A DNA stretch of 64,000 bases from the human T2T-CHM13v2.0 reference genome, Homo sapiens. Below are positions 1-14,813 of the stretch, one piece after another (the stretch's first letter is position 1; each line of letters starts with the position of its first letter). Position numbers and translations under genes: made by a program. The stretch lies in NCBI RefSeq assembly GCF_009914755.1, contig NC_060944.1. One strand, written 5' to 3'. Under the pieces are notes generated by a model, which was not told the DNA's origin, ran no database searches, and saw only the letters and a list, made by a program, of their open reading frames with translations.

Positions 1-1129
1 TTTAGCTGCCTCTGCTGGATGACGGGGCCCTGTTGTAAATCTGGAGCTCCCCAGCGGTGGCTGGCACCGAGTTGGGTTGTGGCCACCCAAGCACTGTGCC
101 CCGGACCGTGCAAACCATAGTGCCTGATTCCAAGATCCGCACAGGGCTGGGCATTGCACAGACCTGCTGTGTAGGCTGGGCCCGGTGGCCTCACTCAGAG
201 CCTCAGTCTTCCCGACTGTGAATGGGGCTGGTGACAGTGGGACCTATGGGAGACTGTGGAGACCCTGACCCAGTGCGTGTCCACACACTAGCTGTTCGCC
301 ATGGAGAGAGAAGCCCGGCTCGCAGGAGGGAGTGCTGGGAAGCTTAGGTCTGGCATGGTCTGGGCCTGTTAGCGATTTCCCGTCTGACCCTGGAGAAACA
401 GCAAAGCATGAGCACCGTGCAGCCCTGACAAAACCCAGGCCCCTCTTCCACCGGATGCTTTCTGCTCACACGGAGGGACCGGAGGCCAGGGTGGAGGAGA
501 GACGGCGGTTGTAACCCCGTAAGCCCATGGTGCTAGCGGGGATCACGGTGCGCTGTTTTCAAGGTGGTTTCATCTGAGCCGCATCTCCACTCACTCCCAC
601 TGCCTCCACGTTCCGCCCTCCAGAGGGCTGATGGAGGAGAGCAGAGCGGCCTCCTGGGTGGAAGGCACTGCAGGGACAGAGGCCTGGAGGCTGGAGGTCA
701 GGCTGTCCGGGAAGGGGAGGCGTGGGCTTTGAGCTGGTGAGAGGGGAGAGGGGTGAGAAGCCAGGGTGTGGGCACAGCCACAAAGTGAGGACTTGAGCAA
801 CACCTGGGTGAATGCACAGCGTCAGCCATTATGGTGGCTGCAAAACTCATTTCTGGCTTGGGTGAGAGGTGCTGTCCCTGGGAAGGGCCTCACTTCCTCC
901 CTGGGTGCTCCAGGTCGACTCATGAAGTGCCACATGCAGATGGCCTGAGCCAGCAGGGCCACAGAGATTGGCCTGAGCCCCAACCCTCGGACGGAGGCCC
1001 AGCGACTGGGAGGAACGGGCCCAAGGTCACACATCAAAGGAACCTCGAGGCCCACTGGGACAAGAACCTGGATTAAACATGCTGGTCTAGAATGCAGCTT
1101 CCCCCAGAGCCCCACAGTTAGAAAAGCAG

Positions 1130-1320
1130 ATAGTAGTGAAATGATAACCACATTACTTACTGAGCCCTCACGGTGGGGCTGGCCCAGTGGTTAAAATCTC
1201 ATTCAATCCTCAAACAGCTCCACGGGTAGGCACTATGGAATCCCCATTTTCCAGATGAGATAACTGAGGCTTAGAGAGGGGAACTGACTCTCCCATGGTC
1301 TCTCCGCTGGCAGGAGGCGG
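1130..1320. mobile_element. MIR SINE fragment (SRC intron)
   Basis: MIR core hallmarks: tctcattcaatcctca...ccccattttccagatgagataactgaggcttagagagg. Confidence 0.7.
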
Positions 1321-1609
1321 AGGTGAGAGGCTCTGGCCAGCCTGACCCCCAAGCCCTCATGCTTAGGACAGTGTCTCATTTTGGGGGGCGGGTGGGCTCC
1401 AGAGGTGACCTCTTGTTCTGGCAACAGCCTTAGAAATCCCTGGGCCAGCTCCACATCACCCCTGGCTTCCACCAGTACACATTGCATTTGCTAACACATG
1501 AGGCACGTTCAAAGTCCTGCTCAGAGGGAACATGACTAACCCAGAAGTGACACCGGTTGAGTTGGAACCTTGGTCCCCTATCTGTCTAGGCTAATAAGCT
1601 GCTTTTTAG

Positions 1610-1909
<300 letters not shown>

Positions 1910-1919
1910 TGGACATTCT

Positions 1920-2120
1920 TAATAATCACAGTCCCGACAACAGCTACTGGTTCTTGAGCATTTAATCCTAGTAACAGTGCCATGAGGAGCACCCTGTCAT
2001 TGTACCCATTGTACAGATGGGGAGACTGAGGCTCAGAAAGGGCCCAGGCTTTGACTGGGTTTGTCACATGGCTGTGGAGGCCACAGCTGACACTGGCGCC
2101 CAGGTGGGCAGATCCTGGAT
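1920..2120. mobile_element. MIR fragment
   Basis: catttaatcct...cccattgtacagatggggagactgaggctcaga. Confidence 0.65.
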
Positions 2121-2153
2121 CCCTGTGTGGTAGGAGTTGGGGGGCTCCACTGA

Positions 2154-2438
<285 letters not shown>

Positions 2439-2441
2439 TAG

Positions 2442-2734
<293 letters not shown>

Positions 2735-2744
2735 AGTAATTTTT

Positions 2745-3505
<761 letters not shown>

Positions 3506-3550
3506 TGACAAGCACTGAGTGAGACTTTATTCAGAGATGAGTTTACGTAA

Positions 3551-3868
<318 letters not shown>

Positions 3869-4074
3869 TGATCTTGCCGCACGTATTTACCAGGTCTGCT
3901 TACAGGTGCCCTGAGGGGTGATTCTGGGCAGCAGAAGGCCCTTACCTGGGCATCAGGGGTCACTGACTTACTGTGGGACCTCGGGCCTCAGTTGTCGTCT
4001 CTGTAAAGGTCATTTAGTCGCTTAGCAGACGTGTTCATGCTTGCTGTAGGCAGTGGTCAACAAGCCTTTTTTTT

Positions 4075-4190
4075 TTTCATTTAATCCTCATCACGACCAG
4101 GAGTGACGAGGATTGGCTGTTATTCCCATTGGACGGATGAGAAAACTGAGGCTCAGAGAGGGGACTTGGGCAGCAGGCAGGACCTGGCAC
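4075..4190. mobile_element. MIR fragment
   Basis: tcatttaatcctcatc...cccattggacggatgagaaaactgaggctcagagag. Confidence 0.65.
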
Positions 4191-4471
4191 TCATCTGTGT
4201 CTGGGTCCGCTGGGGCCTCTTTCCCTGGTCACCTCGCTTTCCTGGCTGCATCGGATCTCGTGCCTCCCCTTTGACCTTTGCCTTCTGCCCTCTGCTCTGT
4301 GCCCTGTGCTCCCTACTCCCGCAGAGCACTGCTCCTGCTTTCGATGCCAACAGCATTTACTGTGAACTGACCTCACTTGCCTGAAGAAGTGTGGGGAGGG
4401 TGGGGAAGGGGTGGTTGGCTCTCCAGCCCCAGAGTGCTCTGTGGCCCTGGGAGGGCATGGGTGGCACCTGA

Positions 4472-5012
<541 letters not shown>

Positions 5013-5059
5013 TGACTCCTGCTGGGCCTGTTTCCCCACCCGTAAAACAAAGAAGTTGA

Positions 5060-5443
<384 letters not shown>

Positions 5444-7485
5444 GCACAGGCGGGCCCAGACCGGCTTCTCGGCTTGGATCCTGGGCTGGGTGGCCCCTGT
5501 CTCGGGGCTTGCCCCACTCTGCCTGCCTGCTGTTGGTCCTCTCTCTGTGGGGCTGAATTGCCAGGGGCGAGGCCCTTCCTCTTTGGTGGCATGGAAGGGG
5601 CTTCTGGACCTAGGGTGGCCTGAGAGGGCGGTGGGTATGCGAGACCAGCACGGTGACTCTGTCCAGCTCCCGCTGTGGCCGCACGCCTCTCCCTGCACTC
5701 CCTCCTGGAGCTCTGTGGGTCTCTGGAAGAGGAACCAGGAGAAGGGCTGGGGCCGGGGCTGAGGGTGCCCTTTTCCAGCCTCAGCCTACTCCGCTCACTG
5801 AACTCCTTCCCCACTTCTGTGCCACCCCCGGTCTATGTCGAGAGCTGGCCAAAGAGCCTTTCCAAAGAGGAGCGATGGGCCCCTGGCCCCGCCTGCCTGC
5901 CACCCTGCCCCTTGCCATCCATTCTGGAAACACCTGTAGGCAGAGGCTGCCGAGACAGACCCTCTGCCGCTGCTTCCAGGCTGGGCAGCACAAGGCCTTG
6001 CCTGGCCTGATGATGGTGGGTGGGTGGGATGAGTACCCCCTCAAACCCTGCCCTCCTTAGACCTGAGGGACCCTTCGAGATCATCACTTCCTTGCCCCCA
6101 TTTCACCCATGGGGAGACAGTTGAGAGCGGGGATGTGACATGCCCAAGGCCACGGAGCAGTTCAGAGTGGAGGCGGGCTTGGAACCCGGTGCTCCCTCTG
6201 TCATCCTCAGGAACCAACAATTCGTCGGAGGCATCATGGAAAGACTGGGACAGCCCAGGAAACAAGGGGTCTGAGGATGCATTCGAGATGGCAGATTCCC
6301 ACTGCCGCTGCCCGCTCAGCCCAGCTGTTGGGAACAGCATGGAGGCAGATGTGGGGCTGAGCTGGGGAATCAGGGTAAAAGGTGCAGGTGTGGAGAGAGA
6401 GGCTTCAATCGGCTTGTGGGTGATGTTTGACCTTCAGAGCCAGCCGGCTATGAAAGGGAGCGAGCCCCTCGGCTCTGGAGGCAATCAAGCAGACATAGAA
6501 GAGCCAAGAGTCCAGGAGGCCCTGGTCCTGGCCTCCTTCCCCGTACTTTGTCCCGTGGCATTTCAATTCCTGGCCCTGTTCTCCTCCCCAAGTCGGCACC
6601 CTTTAACTCATGAGGAGGGAAAAGAGTGCCTAAGCGGGGGTGAAAGAGGACGTGTTACCCACTGCCATGCACCAGGACTGGCTGTGTAACCTTGGGTGGC
6701 CCCTGCTGTCTCTCTGGGCTGCAGAGTCTGCCCCACATGTGGCCATGGCCTCTGCAACTGCTCAGCTCTGGTCCAGGCCCTGTGGCAGGACACACATGGT
6801 GAGCCTAGCCCTGGGACATCAGGAGACTGGGCTCTGGCTCTGTTCGGCCTTTGGGTGTGTGGTGGATTCTCCCTGGGCCTCAGTGTGCCCATCTGTAAAG
6901 GGGCAGCTGACAGTTTGTGGCATCTTGCCAAGGGTCCCTGTGTGTGTGTATGTGTGTGCATGTGTGCGTGTCTCCATGTGCGTCCATATTTAACATGTAA
7001 AAATGTCCCCCCCGCTCCGTCCCCCAAACATGTTGTACATTTCACCATGGCCCCCTCATCATAGCAATAACATTCCCACTGCCAGGGGTTCTTGAGCCAG
7101 CCAGGCCCTGCCAGTGGGGAAGGAGGCCAAGCAGTGCCTGCCTATGAAATTTCAACTTTTCCTTTCATACGTCTTTATTACCCAAGTCTTCTCCCGTCCA
7201 TTCCAGTCAAATCTGGGCTCACTCACCCCAGCGAGCTCTCAAATCCCTCTCCAACTGCCTAAGGCCCTTTGTGTAAGGTGTCTTAATACTGTCCTTTTTT
7301 TTTTTTTAACAGTGTTTTGTAGATTTCAGATGACTATGCAGAGGCCTGGGGGACCCCTGGCTCTGGGCCGGGCCTGGGGCTCCGAAATTCCAAGGCCCAG
7401 ACTTGCGGGGGGTGGGGGGGTATCCAGAATTGGTTGTAAATACTTTGCATATTGTCTGATTAAACACAAACAGACCTCAGAATCT
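5444..7485 (+). other. SRC: SRC 3' UTR (to the proximal poly(A) site; can extend to ~8110)
   Basis: Alu-free sequence between the stop codon and ATTAAA at 7459-7464. The end position is inferred from typical signal-to-cleavage spacing. Confidence 0.8.
7459..7464 (+). terminator. Proximal polyadenylation signal (ATTAAA variant)
   Basis: ATTAAA with an upstream TGTA element (7435) and a downstream T/GT-rich stretch (gtttatt, tgtgtg). Confidence 0.7.
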
Positions 7486-8088
7486 GATCAACAGTTTATT
7501 GAACATCTACTGTGTGCTGGAAAGCGAGATGGGGCGGAATGCGAGAACAAACTACCCCTTGAGGGGTCTTTGGGCAGCACTAGTAGCTGGAGGGCTTCAG
7601 GCCAAGGCAGGGGTGACATCAGATTGGAGACAGCTACGGCAGAATGTGGCTGTTTGTGAACATCTGCACCTGTGTTAGGGGGTGAGCACCTGGGAGAAGG
7701 ACAAGGCACATCACAGGACTTCCCTGAGCATGACAAGTTCAGGACTCAAATGTCCGTGGTGGATGGTAGCAGTGACATTGGGGAGTGGGTGGGGCTGTCA
7801 AGCCTGCCTAGAGGAGATCACAAATACACGACGAGAATACCGTTGTGTGTGCTCTTCGTGTGTTTCCTAGGAGTGCAGGGCAGGGGTGCTGGGTCGATCC
7901 ACAAAAGTCCTGAAAACGCTGAAGAAAAATCCAAAGACCCTTCCCCTCCTCCCTCCTTCCCCACCACCGAAGCACACAGTCTTGAAGGTTGATTTGCAAC
8001 CGTCTATACAAACACATTTATTTTACACAAATATACATCAGATCACACACCTGTGCACCGGAGTCAACTCTGGCCACGACATTGCTTA

Positions 8089-8094
8089 ATTAAA
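8089..8094 (+). terminator. Distal polyadenylation signal (ATTAAA variant)
   Basis: ATTAAA in an AT-rich patch, followed by T-rich sequence and a (TG)n tract at ~8210-8250. Confidence 0.5.
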
Positions 8095-8599
8095 AACAAA
8101 TTTCAAAAACTGGACATTTTTCTGTTCAGTATTATTTTCACAAGCCAAACACATCATAGTGTCCAGGTCAGGGTGGCATCTGGGTGGCATCTGGAGATCG
8201 CAGGGGGCGGGTGTGTGTGTGTGTGTGTGTGGGTGTGGGTGTGCGTGTGTCTTAGGAGTAGAGATGGAGTTCTGGATGTGAGGTTGTGGCAGGTGTTCTC
8301 TGCTTGCTGGTGGGAGTATACCTGGATGCGTGTGCCTTTGTGTTCATGGGGGTATGTGCGTGGGCTCTGTTTGTTCGCAGACATGGTGCTTGGATGTTTG
8401 TGTGTGAGCACTTGTCTAGGTGGTCTGTGAGCCTGGGCTCATGGAAATGCGTCCCAGATGTGTGTGCTTGGGCATTAACGCGATGAGGTGAGCCGGTCCG
8501 CTTGCTCTGGCTGTGTGTGCAGAATGTGTGTGTACTGTGTGAACACAGATCCAGGGGCTTCATGAGCCTGTGGGCTCCTGGAGTGTGTGGGCACCGAGG

Positions 8600-8870
8600 T
8601 GTGCAGCTGGGTTCACGTGGATGTGGGTGGGAACAGCATGTGTGCCCGTGGACCCGTGTGAGCTTGGGCTCGCACCCCCAGCGCTGGCCACTCCCGGCGG
8701 GACCCACGTGTGCCCGGGGGCGCAGGGCCACGTGCGAGCGCAACCGGGACAAAGCGCTCGCCCGCGCTGCCGCGGCGGGTCAGGCGTGCGCATGCGCATG
8801 CGCGGCGCGGCAGGGTCCAACCCCAACCCCGCGCGCCGGGACAGGAGGGACCGGCCACCGCGCGGCCTCT
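8600..8870. promoter_or_regulatory. Small CpG-rich element with a tandem NRF1 motif and three CACGTG E-boxes
   Basis: Dense CpG. TGCGCATGCGCATGCGC at 8787-8803; CACGTG at 8614-8619, 8705-8710 and 8729-8734. Confidence 0.65.
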
Positions 8871-8971
8871 CTCCTCTTCCTTGTCCATCTGAGTCTTTCT
8901 CTCTCTTCCTCTCTCTTGTCTGTCAGTGCCTCTCCAGCCCTCTCTGGCCTTACATCAATTTCCTGTTTCTT

Positions 8972-9135
8972 CTTTTTTAATTTTTAAAAATTTCAGTAGC
9001 TTTTGGGGTTACAAGTGGTTTTTTGGTTACTTGGATAAATTATGTAGGGGTGAATTTTGTAGTACACTCGTCATCCGAGTAGCGTACGTTGCACCTAATA
9101 TGTAGGTTTTTAAAAATCCCACACCCCGCCTTCCT
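8972..9135 (-). mobile_element. L1PB-like 3'-end fragment
   Basis: tttcagtagctttttggggttacaagtggttttttggttacttggataa...catccgagtagcgtacgttgcacctaatatgtag resembles the L1PB 3' terminus. Confidence 0.65.
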
Positions 9136-9200
9136 TGCTTTTTTCTTTCTTTCTCTTTCCTTTTCTTTTTCTTTATTTCCCTTTCCCCTCCCTCCCTCCC

Positions 9201-9481
9201 TTTTTTTGAGATGGAGTCTTGCTCTGCCCCTAGTCTGGAGTGCAGTGACTCACTGCAACCTCCACCTCCTGGGCTCAAGCCATTCTCCTGCCTCAGCCTC
9301 CCGAGTAGATGGAACCACAGCTGTGTGCCCTCATAGCCCGGCTAATTTTTTTTTTTTTTTTTTGTAGAGACGGGGTGTTGCTATGTTGCCCAGACTGGTC
9401 TTGAACTCCTGGGCTCAGGTGATCTGCCCCCTCCGGCTCCCAAAGTGTAGGGATTACAGGTGTGAGTCACTATGCCTGGCT
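9201..9481 (-). mobile_element. Alu
   Basis: Reverse-complement Alu dimer. Confidence 0.9.
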
Positions 9482-11614
9482 GATTTTCCTTTTCTTTCTC
9501 TATGTGTCTCTCTGTCTCACTGTTGCTAATTTCTGTCTCTTTTCCTCTTTGCCTGGGTGCTGTCTCTCTTTCTCTAGTCCCCACCCTCCCTTTCTGCCTC
9601 TCAGATTTTTCTCCCCATCCACCTCTTCACATCTCTGACTCTTCCCAGGCCCTCCCACACCTCCATGCCTTTGCCCAGGCTGTTTTCACCGCTGAGAATG
9701 CCCTTTCTTCCCTCTCTACAACCTGGCAAACTCCTATTCATCCTGCAAAGCACATCTCCGAGGCCACAGACCGGCCCTGGGAGCTCTCCCTGACGCCCTG
9801 GAATCCGCAGAGCGTGTCAGCCCGCCCACTAGAACAAGCGCTTGAGGGACTGGGTGACGTTCTCCCTAGTGATCCCAGGTCCCGCCACATTGGTAATGTC
9901 TGCTCAGGGAAGGCAGGCGGGAAAGTCGCTCTGCCTCTCCCACTCCTGTCTCTGGCTCCTTCTCCGGTTGGGACTTCCTCACTCTGGGCCTGTGTCCAGT
10001 TGGCTTGTGCTGGACTCGGTGTGTAAGGGAGACAGAGATAGACACACAGAGATGGAGTGCAGAGGCGAGAGATGTCATCCACTCTGCTGGGCCACAGTCT
10101 CCTGGCCCCGCTGTCCCCTCCTTCGGCCCTGTGTAGTGTCCAGGTGTCTCCCGGGGATATGAGACCCCAGGGCTCCATGCCCCCTCAGCCTTTCCTTTCT
10201 GCCTTCAGTTGGTTTTACTCTTAATTCTGCATGCATTTTTTTCTTTTTGAGAAAACTAAAATGTTTCCCCCATGACAAAAAAAGAATATATATTCTTTCT
10301 GGCAAAATAGGAAAGATACAGGAAAACACAAACCAACCAACCAACCATATTTCACACCCCCTGCTCCACCCCTCCCGCCTGGAGTCTGGGGCATGTCTCC
10401 AGGGTGCATGCAGGGTGTGTGTGGTGTGTGGTGTGTGGTGTGTGTAGGGGTGTGCGGCATATGCGTGTCCCTGCTGCTGTTGCCTCCCAGGCTTTTTCCT
10501 ATGAGCTTCGAAAGTCTCTTTGTTCATCCTCTGCTTCTCTCGTCCCCTCTCTTCCTCCCTCCCTAGTTACATTCTCCAGACCAGACTTCATGCTGGGTGC
10601 ACGCATGCACAGACACACACACACACGCGCGCATACACATGCACACACACACACACACACGCACACTCTGCATTTTCTATCATCTCTGTCTTCTTTTCCC
10701 ATTTTTCTCTCAGAGGCTCTGAAACGCTGTGATTCATAGAGAGAAAAAGAGACAGGCAGAGATTCAGAGATTCAGACAGGACAGACAGGAAAAGGGGATG
10801 GAGACAGAGGGGCTGGAGTTGGTGGCGGGGAGGGAGCGGCAGGGAGAGAAGCTTTTTGTCCATCTGTTTGTCGTCTGTGAGGTCCATCCCGATTCTCACT
10901 CCCCGCAGCCCTCCCCTTTCTGGGGCTTTTCCCACCCAGCCCTTGGAGCGTGTCTCCTGGGATCCTGGGGCCGTGTCCATCTGTCCGTCTGTGTGTCAGC
11001 CTCTGCCTCCCGCCTGCCTCTTGCTGTGGTCTCATTAAATGCTCATCTCTTTCTTTGATTGTTCCACCCCCAGGTTGTGTGTGTGGGCACGTGTGCATGT
11101 GTCCATGTATCCAGATCTCTGTGCCTTTGTGGCTGTCCATCTGCCTCCCACCTGACTTCCCCTTCTCCCTCCCTCCTGTTCTTGCCACCGTGTCAGTGTG
11201 TGTTTGCATCTGTGTACGTGTATGCACCTGTGTACATGTGTGTCTGTGCATGAATCTCTTGCTCACCTCACTTCCCCTGTCCCAGAGGCTCCTGGACTTG
11301 GCATCTGGGGGTGTTCTTCTCCTCACTCCCCATCCTGGTCCAGCCTCAGCCTCAAGGCTTGCCTCCTGGACAATTTCCCTGGCAACCATCCCTGGACATC
11401 TTACCTGCAACCTCCGAAAACTCAACTCACTTGTCCACTCCCACTCCGTCAGCAGGGGGACCTCTGGCACAGAGCCACATGCCCTGGGTGGCTCAGCCTT
11501 CTCTCACTTAACGCTCTGCTGTGGGCTTTCATTTCCTCTTACCACTTCTGGCCCCACTCAGAGCCCTGTGTCTCCCCCACCTGCCTGTGCACAGGCTGAC
11601 CTGTGTCATCCTGA

Positions 11615-11963
<349 letters not shown>

Positions 11964-12119
11964 GACATCTTTCCTTTCTTCAGCCTGCAAATCCCACCTC
12001 CTCTGGGAAGCCCTCTTGATAACCCCCTTTGCTGGGTTCCCTTGTCTCTGATACTCCCTGCAGTGAGATCTGTCCTGGCCTTGGTCTTATCGCAGGCTGG
12101 GCACCCAGCTGGAGTCCCA

Positions 12120-12340
12120 TTTGGACCTTCGTGGGCCTAGACACCTTGGCCCTTTCCTTAGAAAAGAAAATTAAAAATTACATGTTACGATAGCACTGGT
12201 ATCAACACGAATATATTAATAGGACATACTGAGACATTTTCTTTGAGTTAAAAGTTCGTTTTTCTTCTGATTTTAAAAGAAATTGGAACATTTTCTTGGG
12301 GTCCCAAAAGTATGGTGCATGGGCTATAGATTCACTGATC
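12120..12340. mobile_element. Probable old DNA-transposon (hAT/MER-type) fragment
   Basis: AT-rich island (ttcgtgggcc...aaattaaaaattacatgttacga...ttttcttctgattttaaaagaaattggaacatttt...cccaaaagtat) resembling hAT MER elements. Family not determined. Confidence 0.4.
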
Positions 12341-12562
12341 CCCTCCTCTTGCCAGGCCTGGGCGAATGCCATGCCGGGCAGGCTGTGTATGCTCCCCGCC
12401 TTCTACCCTCTCTGTGTCTGTCTTCTTCATTTTGCCTCTGCAGTTTGTCCTTGTGTTAGTGCATTAAAGCAAGACGATGCGTGTGTGTGTATGTGTGTGT
12501 GCATGTGTGCATGCACACGCACGCCACATCCTCCCTCTTCATCTCTGTGTCCATCTCTCTGT

Positions 12563-12874
12563 GTTTGTTTGTTTGTTTGGTTTTTTTTTTTGAGACAGGG
12601 TCTTGCTCTGTCTCCCAGGCTGGAATGCAGCGGTGCAATCACGGCTTACTGCAGCCTCAACCTCCTGGGCTCAAGTGATCCTCCTACCTCAGCCTCCTGA
12701 GTAGCTGGGACTACAGGCGTGCACAACCATGCCCGGCTATTTTTTTTTTTTTTTTAGTAGAAACAGGGTCTCACTCTGTTGCTCAGGCTGGTCTTGAACT
12801 CCTGGGCTCAAGAGATCCGCCCACCTCAGCCTCCTAAAGTGCTGGAATCACAGGCATGAGCCACTGTGCCTGGC
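12563..12874 (-). mobile_element. Alu (AluJ-like) with (GTTT)n tail
   Basis: Reverse-complement Alu dimer. Confidence 0.92.
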
Positions 12875-13222
12875 TTATGTTCATCTCTTTCACCATAACA
12901 GGTTTGTCTCTTTCTCCGGGGTCCCCTCATTCATTCATTCATTCATTCCTGCAACAAACACCTGTGTGTGTCCCTGTGTCTGTGCGTTGGCGTGTCTGCC
13001 AGGGAGCAGGGGTCTTGGTTCCTCATCTTTCCCCAGGTCTCCTGCTCTCCCAGATCTGCAGGCTGTGAGCTTTCCAGGGTGGGCCATGCTCCCTGCTCCC
13101 GACCCTTTGCCTGCCCGCCTCCCCTTGCTCCAGCATTGGGGTCACTGCTATGGGTGGTGGTTGTTTTCCCTCTCCCCCTTGGTTCTTCCTAGAACACCAT
13201 GTAGCAGCTGCTCCTGCCCAGC

Positions 13223-13225
<3 letters not shown>

Positions 13226-13268
<43 letters not shown>
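13226..13268. repeat. (TG)n microsatellite
   Basis: About 20 pure TG units. Confidence 0.95.
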
Positions 13269-13270
<2 letters not shown>

Positions 13271-13775
13271 GGAGGGAGTGAGAGAGAGGGCCAGGCCGAC
13301 ATATAGACAGACAGACACCAAGAGAGGGTGACAAGTGCACAGCCGGCACCTGTCTCTCCTGTATTTGCCTTCTGTCTCCTTCCCTCTCCTCTCTGAGGTT
13401 TTGCTGGCATTTTGTCTTTTCTCTGGGCTTCCTGCATTTGTGTGTGTGAGTGTGTCTGTGTATGAGTGTGTGTGTGCACGTGGCATGCTCAGGTCTGGGT
13501 CCCCCCTTCCTCACCCTCCCTTTGTCCCCCCCAATCCCCACACCTTCTCTACCACAGTCCAGGTGTGAGTGTGGTCTGCGGTGTGTGTGGTGTGTGATGC
13601 GTGTGTTGCATGGTTGTGTATTGCATGGTTTGGGTGGTGTGGATGTGGTACAGTGTGTGTGCAGCACGGCCTGTGTGTGGTGTGGCCGTGGCCTGCGGTC
13701 CCTTGCGGTTGCCTGCATCCAGCGACGGCTGTGCTGATGCCCCTCCCACCCATCGAGGCCTCTCCTCCTTTCTTT

Positions 13776-13893
13776 TTCCCTTCCCTTCCCTTCCCTTCCC
13801 TTCCCTTCCCTCCCCTCCCCTCCCCTCCCCTCCCCTCCCCTCCCCTCCCCTCCCCTCCCTTCCCTTCCCTTCCCCCCTTCCTTTCCTTTCCTT
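13776..13893. repeat. Polypyrimidine pentamer repeat (TTCCC)n-(TCCCC)n-(TTCCC)n
   Basis: Read directly from the sequence. Confidence 0.9.
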
Positions 13894-14171
13894 TCACTTG
13901 CTCCTTCGTAAAATCCTGATTGAGCCATTCCCATGAGGCAGCCCTGGTGGCCGGGGCACACTTCTCTCACTGGGTCGTTCTCTTTCTCCTTTTCTCTCTC
14001 TCTTTTCCTGTCTTTGGCTCCGTTTCTGTGTCTGTTTTTCTCCCTCTGTCTTTTGTTTTGTTTCTCTGTTGTCTGAGTCTTTGTCTCTTTGTTTCTATCT
14101 TTGCCTGTTGGTTTTAGCCTAGCCCACTCAGGCACTAATTAGTTGTTCCCGTTAGGAAGTGGCTGCAAAGT

Positions 14172-14724
14172 CGTGTATGTGTGTGTGTGGGGTGTGTGTG
14201 TAAGTGTGCATGTGAGTGTATGTGCCTGTGTGAGTGTACATGTGTATGTGTATGTGAGTGTGTATGTATTGTGTATATGTGTGCATGTGAGTGTATGTAC
14301 CTGAGTGTGCGTGTGAGTGCATGTGTGTGTGTATGTGTGTACATGACTGTGTGTTTATGTGTGTGAGTGTGTGTATGTGTGCGTCTTGTGAATGTGTATG
14401 AATGAGTGTGTGTGTGTTCTTGCTCTCTTTCCAACAGTTTTGGCCATGACTCCACCTCCCATTCATTTCCTAAGCGCCCCCCTACACACACACACTCACA
14501 GGGTCCTCCCAGGCGTGAGTATGTGTATGTGCAGCTAACAGGTCTGGCTCCTCATTGTTCCCCGAGGCTCTTGCCTACCGTGGCTGCAGGCTGGTGGGAT
14601 TCCGGCGTGGGCAGCAGCTGCCTCCCCTTGCTCCAGCGTTGGGGTCGCTGCCATCGGCTGAGGGTTTGTTTCTTTCACTTTCACAGCTCTTCCCAAAACA
14701 CTCGTCTCGGAGCAGCTGCTCCCG

Positions 14725-14769
<45 letters not shown>

Positions 14770-14774
14770 ATGTG

Positions 14775-14811
<37 letters not shown>
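14172..14811. repeat. Degenerate TG-rich tract (14172-14416) and compound (TG)n(AG)n(TG)n (14727-14811)
   Basis: Read directly from the sequence. Confidence 0.85.

Positions 14812-14813
<2 letters not shown>

Noticed and set aside
5653-7659. ORFs of 110-184 aa in the SRC 3' UTR
   Set aside because: Expected by chance in GC-rich sequence; no recognisable homology.
13023-14135. 370-aa minus-strand ORF
   Set aside because: It runs through (GGGGA)n and (CA)n repeats. The low-complexity peptide reflects stop-poor simple sequence.
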